Shown one piece after another: positions 47,147 to 55,447 of a stretch of 61,439 nucleotides of DNA. The notes beneath the pieces are model-generated. The model had not been told where the DNA came from, made no database searches, and saw only the letters and a program-made list of their open reading frames with translations. Location of the stretch: positions 1 to 61,439 of the forward strand of contig JBEKCU010000003.1 of the NCBI GenBank assembly GCA_050014735.1, in the 5' to 3' direction. Each line of letters starts with the position of its first letter. The stretch's first letter is position 1. This DNA is from Candidatus Acidiferrales bacterium (GTDB taxonomy: Bacteria; Acidobacteriota; Terriglobia; Acidiferrales; UBA7541). The position numbers and the translations under genes are program-made.

Positions 47147-48196
47147 CTACTGTTCGCCAAGTTCGCGCAGCGCGGCAGCGCTTTGCAAGCGAACGTAATT
47201 ATTGGGATCGTTTCGCAGGCGGTCGCGCAGCACACCCAGTGTTTGTGGGTCAGCGGGACCGGATCCAGCTTCCAGGCGGAGGGAATTGACAAGAAGATTG
47301 ATGGCTTCGACGCGGACTCCCGCATTGCTGTCGCCTTGCAACACGTCCAGCAGGGTTTGCCGGACGGCGGGATCCTGCTCGAAACCTTCCAGGCTTTCCA
47401 GCGCTTTCATGCGCACGCCCGGATTCCGATCCGCGCGGCACGCGGCGCACAGCGCTCGGCGTACCTCGGGATCAGCGGCGCTGGCGCGAAGCACATCCAG
47501 CGAATCCAGACGGACGCCCGGATCGAACCGCTCGCCGTTTTGCAAAACAAAAGTCAGCGCGCGTTCGATGTCGGCATCGTTGGGCGCGCCCACGATATTG
47601 GTCGGTGTGGGCGACATCAACTGGACCTGCACAGTCGGAGTACGTGAGCCGGACGGCGTTACCCAGGCAATATTGGCGCTCCCAGCGCTTTGCAGTTGCT
47701 GGTCCGTCAATTTTGGAGCCGCTGAAACCGTAACAGCAGCGCGAGCGGAAACGGTTGCAGGAGCGACGCGTAACCTCTGGCCGGCCACGCCAGCCAAAAA
47801 GCTGGCGACCATCAGTGCGGCCATGCTCATCGCAGGGTGATAGACCAAGGTGTCGCGGAGCACCGTCCACCACGCGACTGGAGAGAAAATAGCGCGCCAG
47901 CCCGGCTGACTCGCCTTCGACTGCAGATCGTCGATCGATTCCGCAAACTGGCTGCGGCATTGCGCTAGAAGAAGACCGGATCGGTCCAGGGAATCGGCGG
48001 GCTGATCATGGGAGGCAATCGCATGACGCAGATGACCCTCGCGCGATAAAAAGGCCGCGCAAGCCGGACACTGCGCGGCGTGAGATTCAAGCGCTGAGCG
48101 CGCTGCAGAATCGAGTTCGTCGCACATATAGAGAATAGCGAGCGATTCGATTTCCTCGCAACGGATATTCACGGCATTGTTGGAATCGTCGGTCAC
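47147..48196 (-). CDS. Anti-sigma factor (zf-HC2) with a TM helix and C-terminal HEAT-like repeats
   Basis: H-x3-C-x2-C (ESHAAQCPACAAF), one TM (MSMAALMVASFLAGVAG) and repeated D.GVR..A...L helices. GTGA overlap with the sigma gene stop. Confidence 0.75.
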   Translation of the reverse strand: MTDDSNNAVNIRCEEIESLAILYMCDELDSAARSALESHAAQCPACAAFLSREGHLRHAIASHDQPADSLDRSGLLLAQCRSQFAESIDDLQSKASQPGWRAIFSPVAWWTVLRDTLVYHPAMSMAALMVASFLAGVAGQRLRVAPATVSARAAVTVSAAPKLTDQQLQSAGSANIAWVTPSGSRTPTVQVQLMSPTPTNIVGAPNDADIERALTFVLQNGERFDPGVRLDSLDVLRASAADPEVRRALCAACRADRNPGVRMKALESLEGFEQDPAVRQTLLDVLQGDSNAGVRVEAINLLVNSLRLEAGSGPADPQTLGVLRDRLRNDPNNYVRLQSAAALRELGEQ

Positions 48197-48879
48197 AGCA
48201 GCCCTTCCAGTTGCACGCGCAATTTGCGCGTCGCGCGAAATAAGGAGTTCTTTATGGTTTCCTCGGACGTACCAAGGGCTTCTCCTATGGCGCGTAATTT
48301 TAAGCCCTGGTAATGCTTCATTTCAAACACCATGCGTTCGCGCGGCGTCAGCAGTTCGAGCGCGGTGGAAATCCGTTTGTTAATTTCGATTCCCATCATC
48401 AGCCGCTCCGGATCGGACGACGCGCGCTGCTCTTGTTGCCGGTCGAAGAAATCCGTGGGGTTCGTGTCGCCCTGCGAATTCGTGGCGTGATCGGGGGCCT
48501 GGTCTTCCGGACGGCTGCTCCGGCGGCGAAGGTGATCGAGGCAAACGTTCGTTACGATGCGATACATCCACGTATAGAAACTGCACTCGAAGCGGAAGCG
48601 GTGCAGATTCTTATAGATCTTAATAAACGCTTCCTGGTAGACGTCTCGGGCATCTTCGGTCCTGTGCAGGACATTCATGGCGATTCGCAGGACGTCCCGG
48701 TCATACCGGTGGACCAGTTCCTCGAACGCTTCGCGGTCACCGCCCTGCGCGCGTTCGATCAGAACGCGGTCATCGGGAGCGGCCAAGGTTCGCCTCGAAG
48801 TTACGGTTGCGACCGACCCTTGTGCTCGGTCGCCGGAACCGTCCAAAGACCATGTGATCGTCACGCCGTCGGATGACAT
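48193..48879 (-). CDS. ECF-type RNA polymerase sigma-70 factor
   Basis: Region 2 (REAFEELVHRYDRDVLRIAMNVL...DVYQEAFIKIY) and region 4 (LTPRERMVFEMKHYQGLKLRAIGEALGTSEETIKNSLFRA). Confidence 0.9.
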   Translation of the reverse strand: MSSDGVTITWSLDGSGDRAQGSVATVTSRRTLAAPDDRVLIERAQGGDREAFEELVHRYDRDVLRIAMNVLHRTEDARDVYQEAFIKIYKNLHRFRFECSFYTWMYRIVTNVCLDHLRRRSSRPEDQAPDHATNSQGDTNPTDFFDRQQEQRASSDPERLMMGIEINKRISTALELLTPRERMVFEMKHYQGLKLRAIGEALGTSEETIKNSLFRATRKLRVQLEGLL

Positions 48880-49210
48880 CTGGCCATTCTCCCCGGGACC
48901 TTCGCCCGAAACCGTGCGGGCATTCCGGCAAAACTTTGGGGCAAGTCCATTTTATTAGACGCAGCAAGGTCCACAATGGTAAGCAGCGTAGGAAAAGGCA
49001 CATTTCCAGCCTCTGTGCCGAGCTAAATCGTTGATGTCTAGATACTTGGTCATTGGTCTTGCAGAAATAAAGTCCGCCATCGGATATCTGTAAGCATTTT
49101 GGATGAATCCACTCGCTCTTGGACCGAGGTATCCATTTGGGCATCTATAAAGCAGAGAGTCATCGTCTCGATCGGAACCAAACGGTTGGCGTCTCCAATA
49201 AAACTTGGCT

Positions 49211-49312
49211 TTCTCCGTTCCCCTCCGTGTTCTCTGCGCACTTTGTGTTAAAGCCTTGCCGTTAGGCGAAGAAACTCTTAACACAGAGCACGCGGAGAAC
49301 ACAGAGAAGCTC
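49211..49312. repeat. ~100-nt palindromic intergenic repeat, copy A (GTGTTCTCTGCG / GTGTTAAAGCCTTGCC family)
   Basis: Left arm TTCTCCGTTCCCCTCCGTGTTCTCTGCGCACTTTGTGTTAA pairs imperfectly with right arm TTAACACAGAGCACGCGGAGAACACAGAGAAGCTCC. A near-identical element lies in opposite orientation at 58915-59027. Confidence 0.6.
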
Positions 49313-49326
49313 CGATCGAAAGGCCT

Positions 49327-51018
49327 TCAGTGATACGCCCCTAGCGAAGTCATCTTCGTCTTGTCTGGATACATCACACCCACCGATTGAATATATGCGC
49401 TGCGGTTCGTGTACAAGATTGCCCCATCGCGCAAGATCTCAATCTTCGGCATATCCGTTCGCTGCGGACTCGGGAAGTACACGAATTTAGAGGTTTTTGG
49501 ATCGAAATGGATAAGAGCCCCACCCTGGCCGGAGTCGCTAATCCAGAGTTTGCCCTCGTGATCGGGTTGAATATCGTACGGGTAGGAGTACTTTACCGGA
49601 ATTGTGTACTCGACAATCTTGCCGGTCAGTGGATCGAGCTTGCCAATTTTTCCCCTGCTGTCCAGGGCGTACCAAACCTTGCCGTCAGAATCCACCGACA
49701 GCCGCCGCATGGTGCAGGGCCGGGTAAGCGGCGTGTACTCAATGAATGCCTCGGTTTCCTGATCGAACTTCGCTACTTTGCAGCGAGTCCATTCCGCGAT
49801 CCACAGGTTGTCTTGCTTGTCGATCGCCAGACCGTAAGCAAATCCGAAAGCGGTAGGAACCTTATATTCGGTGATCTTGCCTGTTTCGCGATCCCATTTG
49901 CCGAGCTGGTTTGGATAGCTCTGCGTGAACCAAACGTTCTGCTTCGAGTCCACAACCGGTGTATGCCCGTGGTTTTGCTTTGCGGTGGCCTGAACGCCAA
50001 AGGGATAGAGAGTCATCTCCCCGGTTTTGGCGTTCACCCGGCCCAGCGCCAAGTCTCCCACCCACCAGAGATCGCCCGCCCCGTCCAGCGTAATTCCGTG
50101 AGGGAAGGAGATCGTGTTGGGAATCGGATAATCCTTGAAGACGCCAGTGCGGGGATCGACCATACCGATGCTCGGGTGGCCAGCTGCTCGCTCCGTGAAC
50201 CAGATGTTCCCGTCCTTGTCGAAGTGGTCGTCGTGCATGGGACGTCCGTAACCCACCGGTATGGGGTACTCGACAAACATCGCCTTTGCCACGGAGGCCT
50301 CATCCACCGGCATTTCCGGGACGGCTAATGCGCGCGGTGTGCTGTTGGGACCATAATTCTGAACCAAGTAGGCAACCAGGTCCTGGCGTTCCTGTCCAGA
50401 GAACGTGCCCGGCACAATACGGCCAGGAATCATTGCTGTCGGATCGCTCATCAGATCGATGGCCGCATTCCACTGATCCGCATCCCATTGGTGGCTGGGA
50501 ACAAAATCGTAGCCGTGGCACAGCATACAGTTCTTTTCGATCAGGGTCCTGCCTGCGCCCGGCGGGTACAATTCTTCGTAGGAGACTGCGGGCACATTCG
50601 ATGGCCCATTCGGACCTTCTGCGCCGCGGGTGGTCCGGTTCACCTTTAGCGGAGCATCGCTGAGCGTGAAATCCGCGGTAGCGTTAGCACCGGCAGTTAT
50701 CGTTATTTTCTTGGGATTCGCCGAAAACCCGTTCTTCTTGACGCTGACTTCATAATTTCCAGGCAATAGATTCACTGCTTCGTACTTGCCACCAACGGTG
50801 TACACAACGAAAAGCATGTTGTTGTCCAGGTTCTTGGCATAGACCTGCGCGGCCTGGAACGGCTTGGAAGCCTCGACTTTTCCCGAGAGCGTTCCCGTAC
50901 CTGAAATCGCGGCCGCGCTTGCGGTGGCGCTCAGGAAGTACTCGCTTCCGATAAGAGCGAACGCAGCGGCAAGACTCGCAAGGCCCAATACAATGACGCG
51001 CGTGAGTTTCCTGTTCAC
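49327..51018 (-). CDS. Secreted CarboxypepD_reg-like domain + c-type cytochrome + beta-propeller protein
   Basis: Signal peptide, an Ig-like SGKVEA...NLLPGNYEVSV domain, CMLCH haem motif (50515-50529), then repeated propeller units (W.T...G.I.K.D..TG....Y). Confidence 0.7.
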   Translation of the reverse strand: MNRKLTRVIVLGLASLAAAFALIGSEYFLSATASAAAISGTGTLSGKVEASKPFQAAQVYAKNLDNNMLFVVYTVGGKYEAVNLLPGNYEVSVKKNGFSANPKKITITAGANATADFTLSDAPLKVNRTTRGAEGPNGPSNVPAVSYEELYPPGAGRTLIEKNCMLCHGYDFVPSHQWDADQWNAAIDLMSDPTAMIPGRIVPGTFSGQERQDLVAYLVQNYGPNSTPRALAVPEMPVDEASVAKAMFVEYPIPVGYGRPMHDDHFDKDGNIWFTERAAGHPSIGMVDPRTGVFKDYPIPNTISFPHGITLDGAGDLWWVGDLALGRVNAKTGEMTLYPFGVQATAKQNHGHTPVVDSKQNVWFTQSYPNQLGKWDRETGKITEYKVPTAFGFAYGLAIDKQDNLWIAEWTRCKVAKFDQETEAFIEYTPLTRPCTMRRLSVDSDGKVWYALDSRGKIGKLDPLTGKIVEYTIPVKYSYPYDIQPDHEGKLWISDSGQGGALIHFDPKTSKFVYFPSPQRTDMPKIEILRDGAILYTNRSAYIQSVGVMYPDKTKMTSLGAYH

Positions 51019-51164
51019 GGTTCCCCTCCAAAATCAATTCGAATCCCGGTTTCTTGTTATCGCCGATTGACCTGGCATGCAGCTTCCTTGTGAGTGTACA
51101 TATCGCCTGCAATTGCTTCAATGAGTTTCTTTTCACGAATCCAGATGCTATAAAGCACGGCGGA

Positions 51165-52511
51165 ATGACACTTTCGAAAAGCGGCGCCGCAAACGGCGGC
51201 CTAAAAACGCTCCGCAAAATCTCCGTGGTTCCCATGGTCACGGCGACGTATTTCATGGTCGCCGGAGGCCCTTATGGACTGGAAGACATCGTTCAAAAGA
51301 CAGGTTACGCTGCAACTTTATCGATTCTGCTCATCACGCCGCTGCTCTGGAGCCTGCCGACGGCGCTAATGGTCAGCGAACTGGCCACGGCGATTCCCGA
51401 GGAAGGTGGCTTTTATATTTGGGTGCGACGCGGCATGGGACGTTTCTGGGGTTTCCAGGAAACGTGGCTCACGCTGGCGGGCAGCGTGTTCGAGATGGCG
51501 TTGTATCCCAACCTCTGCATCGCTTACATCGGGCGGTTCATGCCGGGGCTGGTGGCCGGGCATCGCGGGCTAATTCTTGGTTTTGCGATGATCGCGCTTT
51601 GCACGGCTTGGAACATCATGGGAGTGCATTCCGTTGGAGAAGGCTCTATTTGGCTCAATATTGCGCTGCTCGCTCCGTTTGTCGCGCTGGTGATTCTTGC
51701 GCTGGGCGGCGGCAGAACCGGGGATGCGGCTCCTGTTCCACTTCGCCACGTCGATTTGCTTGGCGGAGTACTGATCGCCATGTGGAATTACATGGGCTGG
51801 GACAACCTGTCGACAATCGCGGGTGAAGTCGAAGCTCCCCAGCGCGCCTATTCGCGCGCTATGTTCGGCGCTGTCATCTTGGTCATCGTGAGCTACGTGC
51901 TGCCGGTAGCTGCGGTGGCGCGCACGGTAATCGATCCGAACAGCTGGACGACAGGGGGCTGGGTGGACGTCGGCGAATTGATCGGCGGCGAAACGCTGGC
52001 CATCGCCATCGCGCTCGCTGGCGTGATCGGCGCGATCGGCTCGTTCAGCACATTGATGCTCTCGTTCACGCGATTGCCCATGGTGATGGCGGAGGATGGT
52101 TATCTGCCGCGCGTTTTCGCCCGGCGCGACGCGCGTACCGGTTCACCCTGGGTTGCGATTGCTGTGTGCGCAATTCTTTGGGCTGTGTGCTTCCCTCTGG
52201 GATTTGAACGCAGCCTTATTTTGGATGTCCTGCTGACCGGGCTGAGCATCTTGTTGGAATTCTGGGCGCTTGCCGCGCTGAGAATTCGCGAGCCCGAACT
52301 TGCGCGTCCCTTCCGGGTTCCCGGCGGCACAGCTGGCGCGATTGCTCTGGGCGTGCCTCCACTGGTGTTGATGATCGCGGCGGCCGTGCGTAATCGCACT
52401 GAACTGGTTGGGTCCACGAATGAGCTTGCGATCGGGATCGGCATCATCGTTGCGGGAGTGGCACTGTATTTTCTCAGCCGGCGTTTCAGGGACAAACAGA
52501 AACGGCCATAG
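51165..52511 (+). CDS. APC-superfamily amino acid permease
   Basis: From ATG 51165: about 12 TM helices, GGPYGLEDIV, SELATAIPEEGGFY. Confidence 0.85.
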   Translation: MTLSKSGAANGGLKTLRKISVVPMVTATYFMVAGGPYGLEDIVQKTGYAATLSILLITPLLWSLPTALMVSELATAIPEEGGFYIWVRRGMGRFWGFQETWLTLAGSVFEMALYPNLCIAYIGRFMPGLVAGHRGLILGFAMIALCTAWNIMGVHSVGEGSIWLNIALLAPFVALVILALGGGRTGDAAPVPLRHVDLLGGVLIAMWNYMGWDNLSTIAGEVEAPQRAYSRAMFGAVILVIVSYVLPVAAVARTVIDPNSWTTGGWVDVGELIGGETLAIAIALAGVIGAIGSFSTLMLSFTRLPMVMAEDGYLPRVFARRDARTGSPWVAIAVCAILWAVCFPLGFERSLILDVLLTGLSILLEFWALAALRIREPELARPFRVPGGTAGAIALGVPPLVLMIAAAVRNRTELVGSTNELAIGIGIIVAGVALYFLSRRFRDKQKRP

Positions 52512-52532
52512 CGACGCTGAGGGTTGCACCTT

Positions 52533-53096
52533 CTACGAGGCCAGCGCGAGCCTGTAAAAGCTGAGCGCCGCATCGCCCTGTTCGACTAGGCGCACTCTCT
52601 CAAGTTTTCCAGCTCGTTCTGGCAACGCGTGTTTTCGCAGATGCTCGGCGATTAGATATCCGCCAGGGGCCAGCAAAGATGACTCGCCCAAAAAATCGAG
52701 TGCGCGTTCGTATTCGCATGCAGCCGCATACGGCGGATCGAGAAAAATTAGCTGGGCGTGTGCATGACGGGCTTCCAAGCGCGACAGACTGCGCAGAACA
52801 TCCATTCCCAGAATTTCCGCTTCGCCACCGATCGAAAGCGATTCCAGGTTGCGACGAATCAGCGCCGCGGCCGGTGCATGTTGCTCAACGAAGATCGCGC
52901 GCCGCGCGCCGCGGCTCAGTGCCTCGATGCCAACAGCTCCCGTGCCCGCGTATAGGTCGATGAACAGCGCGCCTTCGAGCGCCGGACGAATGATATTAAA
53001 AAGCGTCTCGCGCAGGCGGTCGCTGGTGGGCCGCAGCGCTTGCCCCTTCAGGCTGCGCAGCGTCCGGCTCCGGTATTTTCCTGCAATGACCCTCAA
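52533..53096 (-). CDS. rsmD: 16S rRNA (guanine966-N2)-methyltransferase
   Basis: (M)RVIAGKYRSRTL...RPTSDRLRETLFNI...DLYAGTGAVGIEALSRGA...FLDPPY. Confidence 0.9.
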   Translation of the reverse strand: MRVIAGKYRSRTLRSLKGQALRPTSDRLRETLFNIIRPALEGALFIDLYAGTGAVGIEALSRGARRAIFVEQHAPAAALIRRNLESLSIGGEAEILGMDVLRSLSRLEARHAHAQLIFLDPPYAAACEYERALDFLGESSLLAPGGYLIAEHLRKHALPERAGKLERVRLVEQGDAALSFYRLALAS

Positions 53097-53117
53097 GGCG
53101 AAATCCTTTGGAACGAC

Positions 53118-53213
53118 GGATGAACACAGATAAACACCGATGAAGAAGAAACCGAAGAGAGTAGGAAGGCTTTTTTTTTATTTTTATCGGTGTTCATCTG
53201 TGTTTATCTGTGG
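53118..53213. repeat. Palindromic intergenic element (ATCGGTGTTCATCTGTG family)
   Basis: GGATGAACACAGATAAACACCGAT (53118-53141) faces ATCGGTGTTCATCTGTGTTTATCTGTGG (53186-53213) across a purine-rich then T-rich loop. A half-copy lies at 21774-21802. Confidence 0.6.
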
Positions 53214-53224
53214 CTCCAATGGGT

Positions 53225-55342
53225 TTATCCGACCGACGCGAGCCGATAGCGGCGCTGCCATTCCTGCGGGAGCTGGGCGAGCAGGCGATGGCGGGTTTGT
53301 TCCGCTTCGGGAGATTCGACGAGCGAGAGCGCTTCACGGCGCGCGAGTTCCAGCAATTCAAAATCACGAAGCGGGTTGGCGATATGAAAGCCAAGTTCGC
53401 CGTGCTGTCGCGTTCCGAAAAATTCGCCGGGGCCGCGAATGTTTAAATCCGTTTCGGCAATTTCGAAGCCGTTGGTTGTGCGCAACATGGTTTCCAGGCG
53501 CATGCGCGCGTCGTCTCCCGGCGTTTTCGGAGCGATCAGGATGCATGTGCCCTTTTCGCCGCCGCGGCCGATGCGTCCCCTCAGTTGATGGAGTTGCGAC
53601 AGGCCAAATCGCTCGGCATGCTCGATCACCATCACCGAGGCGTTCGGCACGTCGACGCCGACTTCGATGACGGTCGTCGCCACCAGGATGTCGATTTCAC
53701 GATGACGGAATTGTTCCATGATATTTTCTTTTTCGTCGCTCTTCATGCGGCCGTGAAGCAGGCCGACTCTTCGATTCGGAAATATCACGCTCCGCAGCTT
53801 CTCGAATTCGACGATGGCGGCCTTCAACGAGCGCTGGGATTCAGCCGATTTCGATTGCTCGATCACAGGGTAGACCACGTAGGCTTGCCTGCCCGCTGCA
53901 ATTTCACGCCGCAGAAAATCCCACACGCCCGGCAAATGCGCCTCGGAAGACCACCGCGTTACGATCGGCACACGGCCGGGAGGCATCTGGTCGATCACGG
54001 AAATATCGAGATCGCCGTATACCGTCAGGGAGAGTGTCCGTGGGATCGGCGTGGCCGTCATTACAAGCACGTCGGGAGACACACCTTTGTCCATTAATTC
54101 CTTGCGCTGCAAGACGCCGAAGCGGTGCTGCTCATCCACAATCACCAGGCCCAGCCGCGCAAATGCCACCTGCGGTTCGAGCAGCGCGTGCGTCCCGACA
54201 ACGAACTGCGCCGCGCCGGATCGCACGCGCTCCAGAGACGCTTTTTTCTCCGCCGTTTTCAATCCGCTGATTAGCAGCTCCACGCCGTATCCGGCGCGCG
54301 AGAAAATCTTCCGCGCGGCCAGATAATGTTGCACCGCCAGAATTTCCGTCGGCGCCATCAGGGCGGCCTGATATCCGTTTTCGATCACGATCGTCGCGGC
54401 TTCCAGCGCGACGATCGTCTTCCCGCTGCCCACGTCTCCCTGAAGCAGGCGATTCATCGGCACGGGGCGTTCGAGGTCCGCGGCGATTTCGGCAAGGGCT
54501 CGTTTTTGAGCGTCGGTGGGCTTAAACGGCAGCACGCGCTTGATCGCTTCGCGGACCGCCGCTTCTCGCACGCGGAATGCGATGCCAGGCTGCTGTTGCG
54601 CAGACTTTTTCCGAATCGCGACACTTAGCTGGTAAAAAAAGAATTCCTCAAAAATCAATCTCTGATGCGCTTGCGAACGAAATGAATTCAGCGCCTCGAC
54701 CGATTCAGTCCGCGGAGGGAAATGGACAAAATGGATCGCATCGCGCCGCGACGGGAATTTATATCGATCGAGAAGTTCAGTGGGCAGCGGATCGGGCATC
54801 CGGCCGCCAAATGTTTCAAGCGCCTGATAGATGATTCGCCGCATGACGCGCGAACTAATGCCGCCGATGGCTTCGTAGATGGGAACAATCCGGCCTACTT
54901 CGGTCGAGTCCGCTTCTCCGCTGCCGAGCAGTTCGTATTCCGGATTGATCATCTCGATGCGGCCCGGCCGATTCGGGTCGAGTTCCGCTTTTCCGTGGAG
55001 AACGATTCGCTGGCCCGCCTTGAACGTTTTTTCGAGGTAACTCCCATGAAAGAATTTACAGGGCAGCGAACCTGTGCCGTCGCGAACCAGAAGGTGATAC
55101 ATGCCCCCTCGTGCTTGCGTATATCGCACGAGGCTGCCGCCGGAAACCTCCGCCTGCACGGTATAGATCTGACCGGGCGCGACTTCGCGAATCTTCGCGA
55201 ACCGGATGCGGTCTTCGTAGCGGAACGGCAAATAGCCTAGAAGGTCTTCGAAGGTGTGCAGGCCTCGCTTGGCAAGCAGCTCGGCGCGATGCGGGCCAAC
55301 GCCTTTGAGGTACATCAACTCGGTTGCGGGTATGGCCGACAT
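53225..55342 (-). CDS. recG: ATP-dependent DNA helicase RecG
   Basis: Wedge domain plus helicase motifs (GDVGSGKT, DEQHRFGV, MTATPIPRT, HGRM, QLHQLRGRIGRG). I prefer ATG 55342. Confidence 0.95.
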   Translation of the reverse strand: MSAIPATELMYLKGVGPHRAELLAKRGLHTFEDLLGYLPFRYEDRIRFAKIREVAPGQIYTVQAEVSGGSLVRYTQARGGMYHLLVRDGTGSLPCKFFHGSYLEKTFKAGQRIVLHGKAELDPNRPGRIEMINPEYELLGSGEADSTEVGRIVPIYEAIGGISSRVMRRIIYQALETFGGRMPDPLPTELLDRYKFPSRRDAIHFVHFPPRTESVEALNSFRSQAHQRLIFEEFFFYQLSVAIRKKSAQQQPGIAFRVREAAVREAIKRVLPFKPTDAQKRALAEIAADLERPVPMNRLLQGDVGSGKTIVALEAATIVIENGYQAALMAPTEILAVQHYLAARKIFSRAGYGVELLISGLKTAEKKASLERVRSGAAQFVVGTHALLEPQVAFARLGLVIVDEQHRFGVLQRKELMDKGVSPDVLVMTATPIPRTLSLTVYGDLDISVIDQMPPGRVPIVTRWSSEAHLPGVWDFLRREIAAGRQAYVVYPVIEQSKSAESQRSLKAAIVEFEKLRSVIFPNRRVGLLHGRMKSDEKENIMEQFRHREIDILVATTVIEVGVDVPNASVMVIEHAERFGLSQLHQLRGRIGRGGEKGTCILIAPKTPGDDARMRLETMLRTTNGFEIAETDLNIRGPGEFFGTRQHGELGFHIANPLRDFELLELARREALSLVESPEAEQTRHRLLAQLPQEWQRRYRLASVG

Positions 55343-55447
55343 CACTCTCTCTCTTTATATCACCGTACGGCTGTCTACGCCGATGCTTGCAATCGACTGC
55401 CGCATGGGAAAAGATGGATTGTTTGTGCCCGCGTATGGGAGGCGTGC

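Noticed and set aside
48955-49302. 115-aa minus-strand ORF (ends ...HRGWKCAFSYAAYHCGPCCV) in the AT-richer spacer upstream of the ECF sigma gene
   Set aside because: Its N-terminus is encoded by the palindromic repeat (copy A), no RBS or family is recognisable, and the Cys-rich tail alone is insufficient evidence. It might deserve a look only if ribosome profiling shows translation.
55256-55447. ORF-track start (55256) of the giant CPBP protein
   Set aside because: It would overlap the first 87 nt of recG on the opposite strand, and the extra residues are not hydrophobic or signal-like. The TTG at 55448 has a GGGAGG RBS and directly precedes the first TM helix. The start remains unverified.
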